Positions 1 to 10,640 of a DNA stretch of 23,721 nt are shown one piece after another; position 1 is the first letter of the stretch; every line of letters begins with the position of its first letter. The position numbers were made by a program, and so were the translations under genes. Location: IMG/VR virus record IMGVR_UViG_2663762992_000003, positions 1-23,721 of that record, one strand, 5' to 3'. The notes below the pieces were generated by a model. The model was not told the DNA's origin and did not search any database. It worked only from the letters and a program-made list of their open reading frames with translations. This DNA is from a virus. Taxonomy: Duplodnaviria; Heunggongvirae; Uroviricota; Caudoviricetes.

Positions 1-225
1 GGCAGCAAGTTCAGAGGCAGGAACAACCTGTTCTCCGGCGGCGACAGCAGTAAGACTTCCTTCCTGGTATTGCTTACGCCAGAGAAATAACTGGCTGGCT
101 GCTACACCATGTTGCCGGGCAACGAGGGAGACCGTCATCCCCGGTTCAAAGCTCTGCTGAACAATTGCGATCTTTTCCTGTGTGGTACGCCGTCTGCGTT
201 TCTCCGGCCCTAAGACATCAATCAT
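1..225 (-). CDS. insC: IS2 transposase OrfA (InsC), N-terminal 75 codons; continues off window
   Basis: Minus-strand translation from ATG (rc of 223-225) reads [75 protein letters not shown], recognised as IS2 OrfA. Confidence 0.85.
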
Positions 226-275
226 CTGTTCTCCAATGACTAGTCTAAAAACTAGTATTAAGACTATCACTTATT

Positions 276-316
276 TAAGTGATACTGGTTGTCTGGAGAT
301 TCAGGGGGCCAGTCTA
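276..316. repeat. IS2 terminal inverted repeat (IRL), about 41 bp
   Basis: Terminal sequence of the IS2 match; the partner repeat lies outside the window. Length taken from knowledge of IS2. Confidence 0.55.
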
Positions 317-390
317 GAAATCAACACGGCATAATTATGTCACCGGAGCCTGAACAACTCCGGTGACTTCTGCGCTAAACGGGGACGTTT

Positions 391-492
391 ATGCGCACAT
401 ACAATCCAAACTCTCTTCTCCCTTCACAGATGCAGAAATGCACCTGCAATTCTTTGCATCTAGCGTTTGAGCTCTGCGGAGGTGAAGCGTGA
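391..492 (+). CDS. Small protein (33 aa), YlcH-like, coupled to downstream ybcN
   Basis: ATG at 391, TGA at 490-492 overlapping the GTG start of the next gene (GTGA). Translation [33 protein letters not shown]. Position matches DLP12 ylcH upstream of ybcN. Below the ORF-track size cutoff. Confidence 0.4.
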   Translation: MRTYNPNSLLPSQMQKCTCNSLHLAFELCGGEA

Positions 493-944
493 ACCTCTCA
501 CAAGACGGCATCAAATTACATCGCGGCAACTTCACCGCTATCGGCCAGCAGATCCAGCCTTATCTGGAGGAAGGCAAATGCTTTCGCATGGTGCTTAAAC
601 CGTGGCGAGAGAAACGCAGTCTTTCCCAGAATGCACTCAGCCATATGTGGTACAGCGAAATCAGTGAATACCTCATCAGCAGGGGGAAATCGTTCGCTAC
701 CGCAGCATGGGTAAAAGATGCTCTCAAACACACATACCTCGGTTATGAAACCAAGGACCTGGTTGATGTCGTAACCGGCGAAATCACTACTATCCAGTCG
801 TTACGCCATACCTCCGATCTTGATACCGGAGAGATGTATGTCTTCCTGTGTAAGGTTGAAGCCTGGGCGATGAATATTGGCTGCAACCTGACTATTCCGC
901 AGAGCTGCGAGTTCCAGCTGCTGCGCGACAAGCAGGAGGCGTAA
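489..944 (+). CDS. ybcN: YbcN / NinB-family protein (DLP12-type)
   Basis: 151-aa ORF with GTG start; contains the [12 protein letters not shown] motif typical of the NinB/Orf family; recognised as DLP12 YbcN-like. Confidence 0.85.
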   Translation: MNLSQDGIKLHRGNFTAIGQQIQPYLEEGKCFRMVLKPWREKRSLSQNALSHMWYSEISEYLISRGKSFATAAWVKDALKHTYLGYETKDLVDVVTGEITTIQSLRHTSDLDTGEMYVFLCKVEAWAMNIGCNLTIPQSCEFQLLRDKQEA

Positions 945-1114
945 TGGCTACACCGCTTATTCGTGTCATGAACGGACACATCTACAGAGTACCAAATCGT
1001 CGTAAGCGTAAGCCTGAGCTGAAGCCATCCGAAATACCAACACTGCTCGGATATACCGCCAGCCTGGTTGATAAAAAATGGTTGCGACTGGCAGCAAGGA
1101 GGAGTCATGGCTGA
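944..1114 (+). CDS. ninE: NinE-like small basic protein (56 aa)
   Basis: ATG overlaps the ybcN stop (TAATG); translation [56 protein letters not shown]; synteny with DLP12 ybcN-ninE-ybcO. Not in ORF track (under 60 aa). Confidence 0.5.
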   Translation: MATPLIRVMNGHIYRVPNRRKRKPELKPSEIPTLLGYTASLVDKKWLRLAARRSHG

Positions 1115-1397
1115 TTTGAGAAAAGCAGCGCGTGGTCGGGAATGCCAGGTAAGAATCCCTGGCGTATGTAATGGCAATTCTGAAACGTCTGTACTGGCAC
1201 ATATCCGGCTGGCTGGATTGTGCGGCACCGGTATTAAACTGCCAGACCTTATTGCCACCATTGCATGTTCTGCCTGTCACGACGAGATCGACCGTCGCAC
1301 GCATTTTGTTGACGCTGGATATGCAAAAGAATGCGCGCTGGAAGGTATGGCGAGAACACAGGTTATCTGGCTGAAAGAGGGGGTTATTAAGGCGTGA
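1107..1397 (+). CDS. ybcO: YbcO (DUF1364) putative nuclease, 96 aa
   Basis: ATG at 1107 preceded by AGGAGG at 1097-1102; Cys/His-rich sequence (CQVRIPGVC...[11 protein letters not shown]). The track ORF 1068-1397 uses an upstream in-frame Met that is probably not the start. Confidence 0.8.
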   Translation: MADLRKAARGRECQVRIPGVCNGNSETSVLAHIRLAGLCGTGIKLPDLIATIACSACHDEIDRRTHFVDAGYAKECALEGMARTQVIWLKEGVIKA

Positions 1398-1756
1398 ATA
1401 CCTACAGCATCACATTACCCTGGCCTCCGAGCAATAATCGCTATTACCGCCATAATCGCGGGCGCACGCACATCAGCGCAGAGGGGCAAGCATACCGCGA
1501 TAACGTCGCCCGAATCATCAAAGGCTCCATGCTGGATATCGGCCTGGCTATGCCAGTGAAAATCCGCATTGAGTGCCACATGCCGGATCGCCGTCGCCGT
1601 GACCTGGATAATCTGCAAAAAGCCGCTTTTGACGCACTTACTAAAGCAGGTTTCTGGCTGGATGATGCGCAGGTTGTTGATTACCGCGTTGTGAAGATGC
1701 CGATCGTTAAAGGCGGGAAGCTGGAGCTGACCATTACAGAACTGGAGGGCGAATGA
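1394..1756 (+). CDS. rusA: RusA Holliday junction resolvase
   Basis: 120 aa, GTG start overlapping the ybcO stop (GTGA); sequence [24 protein letters not shown]...[12 protein letters not shown] recognised as RusA. Confidence 0.93.
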   Translation: MNTYSITLPWPPSNNRYYRHNRGRTHISAEGQAYRDNVARIIKGSMLDIGLAMPVKIRIECHMPDRRRRDLDNLQKAAFDALTKAGFWLDDAQVVDYRVVKMPIVKGGKLELTITELEGE

Positions 1757-1893
1757 CGTTTGAATCTTATATCACAGAACACCTCCGCCTTCGCTGGATG
1801 CGCCTGCGGTTGTACCGGTTTTCCGGTTCTGTCGTGACTGATTACCGAATACTGAAAAATTACGCCAAAACACTGAAAGGAGCGGCCGCATGA
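1753..1893 (+). CDS. ylcG: YlcG-like small protein (46 aa)
   Basis: ATG overlaps the rusA stop; its stop overlaps the next ATG (ATGA). Translation [46 protein letters not shown]. Synteny with DLP12 rusA-ylcG-Q. Confidence 0.5.
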   Translation: MTFESYITEHLRLRWMRLRLYRFSGSVVTDYRILKNYAKTLKGAAA

Positions 1894-2579
1894 ATACCCA
1901 ATATTTACAGTTTGTTCGCGAGCAGCTCATGGTGGCCACCGCCGATCTGAGTGGTGCGACGAAAGGGCAGTTGGTGGCCTGGCAGGAGCATGCGCAATTT
2001 GATACCGGTACATACAAACGAAAGAAACCGCGCATTCTGGATGAAGTGACCGGCAGGTTAATAACGCTGGATAATCCGCCGATACCCGGTAAGCAGTCAC
2101 GGGCGAAAGGCTCATCCATTGCCCTGGTCAGTCCGATCGAGTTCTCAACATCATCATGGCGCCGCGCGGTTCTGTCTCTCGAAGAACATCAGAAAGCGTG
2201 GTTGCTGTGGAGTTACAGCGAAAGTGTTCGCTGGGAACATCAGGTCACCATAACGCAGTGGGCATGGAGCGAGTTTAAGACTCTGTTGGGTACCAGGAAA
2301 ATTGCAGGTAAGACACTGGAACGTTTGAAGAAGTTGATCTGGCTGGCGGCACAGGATGTGAAGAACGAGCTGGCAGGGCGTAAGACCTATGAATACCAGG
2401 AGTTGGCATCACTGGTGGGAGTGACATCAAAAAACTGGTCTGAGACATTTACTGAACGCTGGGTTGCAATGAAGCACATTTTTCTACAGCTTGATAGCCA
2501 AGCTTTATTGCTTTTAACGAAAACACGTTCAAAACAAAAGACCACATTTTCACAGCAAGATATTGCAAAACTGGATTAA
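1890..2579 (+). CDS. Putative late-gene antiterminator (Q-slot protein, non-lambda family), 229 aa
   Basis: Sits between rusA/ylcG and the lysis cassette, immediately upstream of a promoter/terminator region. No cysteines, so not a lambda-Q zinc-finger type. Function assigned by synteny only. Confidence 0.5.
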   Translation: MNTQYLQFVREQLMVATADLSGATKGQLVAWQEHAQFDTGTYKRKKPRILDEVTGRLITLDNPPIPGKQSRAKGSSIALVSPIEFSTSSWRRAVLSLEEHQKAWLLWSYSESVRWEHQVTITQWAWSEFKTLLGTRKIAGKTLERLKKLIWLAAQDVKNELAGRKTYEYQELASLVGVTSKNWSETFTERWVAMKHIFLQLDSQALLLLTKTRSKQKTTFSQQDIAKLD

Positions 2580-2609
2580 AAATCATATATTTTATGTAAA
2601 TCTGATATT

Positions 2610-2638
2610 TTGCCAATGTTGTACGCACTGGCAGTAAT
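2610..2638 (+). promoter_or_regulatory. Candidate late promoter (pR'-like) with possible Q-utilisation site
   Basis: TTGCCA (2610-2615), 17-nt spacer, AGTAAT (2633-2638); located between the Q-slot gene and the holin. Confidence 0.3.
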
Positions 2639-2646
2639 CCAAATTC

Positions 2647-2683
2647 AAGCCCGAGGTTTAAAGCCTTGGGCTTTTCTGTTTCT
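2647..2683 (+). terminator. Hairpin plus U-rich tract (early terminator or pause structure of the late leader)
   Basis: 10-bp stem (2647-2656 / 2664-2673, one G-U pair), 7-nt loop, then TTCTGTTTCT. Confidence 0.35.
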
Positions 2684-2760
2684 GGGCGGTGAGTATCCTT
2701 CCAACGTACCCCAGCCAGGGTGTCTTCAGCTGTTGAGTTGATATTGCTTAACCCTCTGTT

Positions 2761-2787
2761 GCCAGCTACATGCTGGCTTTTTTATTC
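2761..2787 (+). terminator. Intrinsic terminator, tR'-like
   Basis: GCCAGC-TACAT-GCTGGC hairpin followed by TTTTTTATT. Confidence 0.5.
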
Positions 2788-2888
2788 CAGGCTTGCGGGG
2801 AGCATCAACTCCGTGCTTTGTCGTTAAATTACCCCGTGAGCCTGATTTCTGACATTTAACGTCCCGGCCTTTTGTCGGCGGCGAAACA

Positions 2889-3206
2889 TTGGCTATTCAT
2901 ATGCACGAAAAAGAGAGCCTTGCCGGAGCGTTCTGGCTCGTTTTGCTGATCATCGCAGGTTGGGGCGGTCTGGTCCGCTACCTGATAGATGTGAAGCAGA
3001 GTAAAGCAACGTGGAGCTGGATAAATGCTTTGGCTCAGATAGTGGTGTCGGGATTCACCGGTGTTATTGGTGGCCTGAACAGTATCGAAAGTGGATTCAG
3101 TATTTACATGATTCTCGCGACAGCGGGGATTAGTGGTGCGATGGGTTCGGTTGCACTGACATACTTCTGGGAACGACTGACAGGGGTGAAAAATGCTAAA
3201 TCTTAA
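2889..3206 (+). CDS. Holin, predicted three transmembrane segments, non-lambda S type
   Basis: Three hydrophobic segments (AGAFWLVLLIIAGWGGLV, WINALAQIVVSGFTGVIGGL, FSIYMILATAGISGAMGSVAL) and a charged C-terminus; immediately upstream of and overlapping the endolysin gene. The track start at 2889 is TTG; the ATG at 2901 is an alternative start. Confidence 0.75.
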   Translation: MAIHMHEKESLAGAFWLVLLIIAGWGGLVRYLIDVKQSKATWSWINALAQIVVSGFTGVIGGLNSIESGFSIYMILATAGISGAMGSVALTYFWERLTGVKNAKS

Positions 3207-3669
3207 TCCTCAGCGTAAAGCTTTCCTCGATATGTTGGCGTGGTCAGAAGGAACGGATAACGGGCGACAGCCAACCCGCAATCACGGCTACGACGTTATT
3301 GTAGGTGGTGAGCTATTCACTGATTACTCCGATCATCCTCGCAAACTTGTCACGCTAAACCCAAAACTTAAATCAACGGCTGCTGGACGCTACCAGATTC
3401 TTTCCCGGTGGTGGGATGCTTACTGTAAACAGCTTGGTTTGAAAGACTTTTCCCCCAATAGCCAGGACGCAGTGGCATTGCAGCAGATTAAAGAGCGTGG
3501 CGCTTTACCGATGATTGATCGCGGTGATATTCGTCAGGCAATCGACCGTTGCAGCAATATCTGGGCTTCACTGCCGGGTGCTGGTTATGGTCAGTTCGAG
3601 CATAAGGTTGACAGTTTGATTGCAAAATTCAAAGAAGCAGGCGGAACGGTCAGAGAGATTGAGGTATGA
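3193..3669 (+). CDS. R: Endolysin R (lambda-type lytic transglycosylase)
   Basis: 158 aa; [20 protein letters not shown]...GGTVREIEV is near-identical to remembered lambda R. Confidence 0.95.
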   Translation: MLNLNPQRKAFLDMLAWSEGTDNGRQPTRNHGYDVIVGGELFTDYSDHPRKLVTLNPKLKSTAAGRYQILSRWWDAYCKQLGLKDFSPNSQDAVALQQIKERGALPMIDRGDIRQAIDRCSNIWASLPGAGYGQFEHKVDSLIAKFKEAGGTVREIEV

Positions 3670-4127
3670 GCAGATTAACCGCGATTATCTCCGCTCTGCT
3701 CATCTGCATCATCGTCTGCCTGTCATGGGCTGTTAATCATTACCGTGATAACGCCATTACCTACAAAGCCCAGCGCGACAAAAATGCCAGAGAACTGAAG
3801 CTGGCGAACGTGGCAATTACTGACATGCAGATGCGTCAGCGTGATGTTGCTGCGCTCGATGCAAAATACACGAAGGAGTTAGCTGATGCGAAAGCTGAAA
3901 ATGATGCTCTGCGTGATGATGTTGCCGCTGGTCGTCGTCGGTTGCACATCAAAGCAGTCTGTCAGTCAGTGCGTGAAGCCACCACCGCCTCCGGCGTGGA
4001 TAATGCAGCCTCCCCCCGACTGGCAGACACCGCTGAACGGGATTATTTCACCCTCAGAGAGAGGCTGATCACTATGCAAAAACAACTGGAAGGAACCCAG
4101 AAGTATATTAATGAGCAGTGCAGATAG
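3666..4127 (+). CDS. Rz: Rz inner-membrane spanin
   Basis: 153 aa with N-terminal transmembrane segment and coiled-coil region; matches lambda Rz. Confidence 0.95.
   Translation: MSRLTAIISALLICIIVCLSWAVNHYRDNAITYKAQRDKNARELKLANVAITDMQMRQRDVAALDAKYTKELADAKAENDALRDDVAAGRRRLHIKAVCQSVREATTASGVDNAASPRLADTAERDYFTLRERLITMQKQLEGTQKYINEQCR
3886..4068 (+). CDS. Rz1: Rz1 outer-membrane lipoprotein spanin, embedded in Rz in the +1 frame
   Basis: 60 aa; lipobox LVVVGC and a proline-rich stretch ([15 protein letters not shown]); fully nested in Rz as in lambda. Confidence 0.9.
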   Translation: MRKLKMMLCVMMLPLVVVGCTSKQSVSQCVKPPPPPAWIMQPPPDWQTPLNGIISPSERG

Positions 4128-4158
4128 AGCTGCCCATATCGATGGGCAACTCATGCAA

Positions 4159-4452
4159 TTATTGTGAGCAATACACACGCGCTTCCAGCGGAGTATAAAT
4201 GCCTAAAGTAATAAAACCGAGCAATCCATTTACGAATGTTTGCTGGGTTTCTGTTTTAACAACATTTTCTGCGCCGCCACAAATTTTAGCTGCATCGACA
4301 GTTTTCTTCTGCCCAATTCCAGAGACGAAGAAATGGTGGGTGATGGTTTCCTTTGGTGTTACTGCTGCCGGTTTGTTTTGAACAGTAAACGTCTGTTGGG
4401 CACATCCTGTAATAAGCAGGGCCAGCGCAGTAGCGAGTAGCATTTTTTTCAT
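4159..4452 (-). CDS. bor: Bor lipoprotein (serum-resistance moron)
   Basis: 97 aa, signal peptide with lipobox (LITGC), matches lambda Bor; opposite strand to late transcription. Confidence 0.93.
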   Translation of the reverse strand: MKKMLLATALALLITGCAQQTFTVQNKPAAVTPKETITHHFFVSGIGQKKTVDAAKICGGAENVVKTETQQTFVNGLLGFITLGIYTPLEARVYCSQ

Positions 4453-4743
4453 GGTGTTATTCCCGATGCTTTTTGAAGTTCGCAGAATCGTATGTGTAGA
4501 AAATTAAACAAACCCTAAACAATGAGTTGAAATCTCATATTGTTAATATTTATTAATGTATGTCAGATGCGAAGGATCATCACTGTATTCCCGGATTAAC
4601 TATGTCCGCAGCCCTGACAGGGAAACTCCTCTGCGGGAGTGTCCGGGAATAATTAATAACGATGCACACAGGGTTTAGCGCATACACGTATTGCATTATG
4701 CCAACGCCCCGGTGCTGACACGGAAGAAACCGGACGTTATGAT

Positions 4744-5277
4744 TTAGCGTGGAAAGATTTGTGTAGTGTTCTGAATGCTCTCAGTAAATAGTAATGAATT
4801 ATCAAAGGCATAGTAATATCTTTTATGTTCGTGGATATTTGTAACCCATCGGAAAACTCCTGCTTTAGCAAGATTTTCCCTGTATTGCTGAAATGTGATT
4901 TCTCTTGATTTCAACCTATCATAGGACGTTTCTATAAGATGCGTATTTCTTGAGAATTTAACATTTACAACCTTTTTAAGTCCTTTTATTAACACAGTGT
5001 TATCGTTTTCTAACACAATGTGAATATTATCTGTGGCTAGATAGTAAATATAATGTGAGACATTGTGACGTTTTAGTTCAGAATAAAACAATTCACAGTT
5101 TAAATCTTTTCGCACTTGATCGAATATTTCTTTAAAAATGGCAACCTGAGCCATTGGTAAAACCTTCCATGTGATACGAGGGCGCGTAGTTTGCATTATC
5201 GTTTTTATCGTTTCAATCTGGTCTGACCTCTTTGTGTTTTGTTGATGATTTATGTCAAATATTAGGAATATTTTCAA
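4744..5277 (-). CDS. Hypothetical protein, 177 aa (lambda right-end ORF; ybcV-like by position)
   Basis: Long ORF in the AT-rich region; same position and size as the uncharacterised ORF downstream of bor in lambda and DLP12. Confidence 0.7.
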   Translation of the reverse strand: MKIFLIFDINHQQNTKRSDQIETIKTIMQTTRPRITWKVLPMAQVAIFKEIFDQVRKDLNCELFYSELKRHNVSHYIYYLATDNIHIVLENDNTVLIKGLKKVVNVKFSRNTHLIETSYDRLKSREITFQQYRENLAKAGVFRWVTNIHEHKRYYYAFDNSLLFTESIQNTTQIFPR

Positions 5278-5439
5278 TTAATAGTATTGGTTGCGTAACA
5301 AAGTGCGGTCCTGCTGGCATTCTGGAGGGAAATACAACCGACAGATGTATGTAAGGCCAACGTGCTCAAATCTTCATACAGAAAGATTTGAAGTAATATT
5401 TTAACCGCTAGATGAAGAGCAAGCGCATGGAGCGACAAA

Positions 5440-5646
5440 ATGAATAAAGAACAATCTGCTGATGATCCTTCCGTGGATCTGATTCGTGTAAAAAATATGC
5501 TTAATAGCACCATTTCTATGAGTTACCCTGATGTTGTAATTGCATGTATAGAACATAAGGTGTCTCTGGAAGCATTCAGGGCAATTGAGGCAGCGTTGGT
5601 GAAGCACGATAATAATATGAAGGATTATTCCCTGGTGGTTGACTGA
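5440..5646 (+). CDS. Hypothetical small protein, 68 aa (YbcW-like)
   Basis: [71 protein letters not shown]; divergent from the 177-aa gene; synteny with DLP12 ybcW. Confidence 0.6.
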
Positions 5647-5810
5647 TCACCATAACTGCTAATCATTCAAACTACTTAACCTGTGACAGAGCCAACACGC
5701 AGTCTGTCACTGTCAGGAAAGTGGTAAAACTGCAACTCAATTACTGCAATGCCCTCGTAATTAAGTGAATTTACAATATCGTCCTGTTCGGAGGGAAGAA
5801 CGCGGGATGT

Positions 5811-6005
5811 TCATTCTTCATCACTTTTAATTGATGTATATGCTCTCTTTTCTGACGTTAGCCTCCGACGGCAGGCTTCAATGACCCAGGCTGAGAAATT
5901 CCCGGACCCTTTTTGATCAAGAGCGATGTTAATTTGTTCAATCATTTGGTTAGGAAAGCGGATGTTGCGGGTTGTTGTTCTGCGGGTTCTGTTCTTCGTT
6001 GACAT
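5811..6005 (-). CDS. Ribbon-helix-helix-like small DNA-binding protein, 64 aa (YlcI-like)
   Basis: Basic N-terminus (NRTRRTTTRNIRFPNQM) followed by two predicted helices, an Arc/MetJ-like pattern; convergent with the 68-aa gene; beside cos. Confidence 0.6.
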   Translation of the reverse strand: MSTKNRTRRTTTRNIRFPNQMIEQINIALDQKGSGNFSAWVIEACRRRLTSEKRAYTSIKSDEE

Positions 6006-6192
6006 GAGGTTGCCCCGTATTCAGTGTCGCTGATTTGTATTGTCTGAAGTTGTTTTTACGTTAAGTTGATGCGGATCAATTAATACGATACCTGCGTCAT
6101 AATTGATTATTTGACGTGGTTTGATGGCGTAGATGCACGTTGTGACATGTAGATGATAATTATTATCATTTTGCGGGTCCTTTCCGGCGATC

Positions 6193-6216
6193 CGACAGGT
6201 TACGGGGCGGCGACCT
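6193..6216. other. cos: cosN junction: right-end CGACAGGTTACG joined to the 12-nt cohesive end GGGCGGCGACCT (6205-6216)
   Basis: Exact lambda end-junction sequence read directly in the window. Confidence 0.9.
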
Positions 6217-6393
6217 CGCGGTTTTTCACTATTTATGAAAATTTTCCGGTTTAAGGCGTTTCCGTTCTTCTTCGCCGTAACCTAATGTTTTTATTTAAAA
6301 CACCCCCTGAAAAGAAAGGAAACGACAGGTGCTGAAAACGGGCTTTTTGGCCTCTGTCGTTTCCTTTCTCTGTTTTTGTCCGTGGAATGAACA
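6217..6393 (+). promoter_or_regulatory. cos: cosB region (terminase small-subunit and IHF binding sites) upstream of Nu1
   Basis: Sequence between cosN and the Nu1 start closely matches the remembered lambda left end (CGCGG...TTTATGAAAATTTTCCGGTTTAAGGCG...). Confidence 0.75.
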
Positions 6394-6913
6394 ATGGAAG
6401 TCAACAAAAAGCAGCTGGCTGACATTTTCGGCGCGAGTATCCGTACCATTCAGAACTGGCAGGAGCAGGGAATGCCCGTTCTGCGGGGTGGTGGCAAGGG
6501 TAATGAGGTGCTTTATGACTCTGCCGCCGCCATAAAATGGTATGCCGAAAGGGATGCTGAAATTGAGAACGAAAAGCTGCGCCGGGAAGTTGAAGAACTG
6601 CGGCAGGCCAGCGAGACAGATCTCCAGCCAGGGACTATTGAGTACGAACGCCATCGACTTACGCGTGCGCAGGCCGACGCACAGGAGCTGAAAAATGCCA
6701 GAGACTCCGCTGAAGTGGTGGAAACTGCATTCTGTACTTTCGTGCTGTCGCGGATCGCAGGTGAAATTGCCAGTATTCTCGACGGGATCCCCCTGTCGGT
6801 GCAGCGGCGTTTTCCGGAACTGGAAAACCGACATGTTGATTTCCTGAAACGGGATATCATCAAAGCCATGAACAAAGCAGCCGCGCTGGATGAACTGATA
6901 CCGGGGTTGCTGA

Positions 6914-6939
<26 letters not shown>
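6394..6939 (+). CDS. Nu1: Terminase small subunit Nu1
   Basis: 181 aa; MEVNKKQLADIFGASIRTIQNWQEQGMPVLRGGGKGNEVLYD is lambda Nu1. Confidence 0.97.

Positions 6940-10620
<3,681 letters not shown>

Positions 10621-10640
<20 letters not shown>

Larger units (their letters stand above)
1..316 (-). mobile_element. IS2: IS2 insertion sequence, partial (left end; element continues beyond window start)
   Basis: Reverse complement of 1-316 matches the remembered IS2 left terminus (TAGACTGGCCCCCTGAATCTCCAGACAACC...) followed by the orfA start; element end is at 316. Confidence 0.85.

Noticed and set aside
341-367. Perfect 9-bp inverted repeat (TCACCGGAG...CTCCGGTGA) just right of the IS2 end
   Set aside because: No U-tract on either strand and no clear context; possibly a remnant terminator of the interrupted upstream gene, but unsupported.
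1068-1106. Upstream Met extension of ybcO (track ORF 1068-1397)
   Set aside because: The ATG at 1107 has a strong AGGAGG ribosome-binding site and gives the expected 96-aa product; the upstream part overlaps ninE-like in another frame.
2647-2690. Possible tRNA T-arm-like hairpin (stem with TTTAAAG loop)
   Set aside because: The loop does not fit the T-loop consensus (TTCRANY) and I could not find acceptor, D or anticodon arms; more simply explained as a terminator or pause hairpin.
4199-4440. Plus-strand small ORFs (60 and 66 aa) overlapping bor
   Set aside because: Antisense to bor, which is clearly identified by its lipoprotein signal and sequence.
5274-5607. Minus-strand ORFs (79 and 68 aa) in the divergent promoter region and opposite the 68-aa gene
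   Set aside because: They overlap a likely promoter region and a better-supported plus-strand gene; AT-rich with no convincing start context.
5683-5710. 8-bp hairpin between the convergent 68-aa and 64-aa genes as a bidirectional terminator
   Set aside because: No U-rich tract on either side, so intrinsic termination is weakly supported.
6295-6875. Minus-strand ORFs (179 and 120 aa) overlapping cos and Nu1
   Set aside because: They overlap the cos site and are antisense to Nu1, which is confidently identified; no support as genes.
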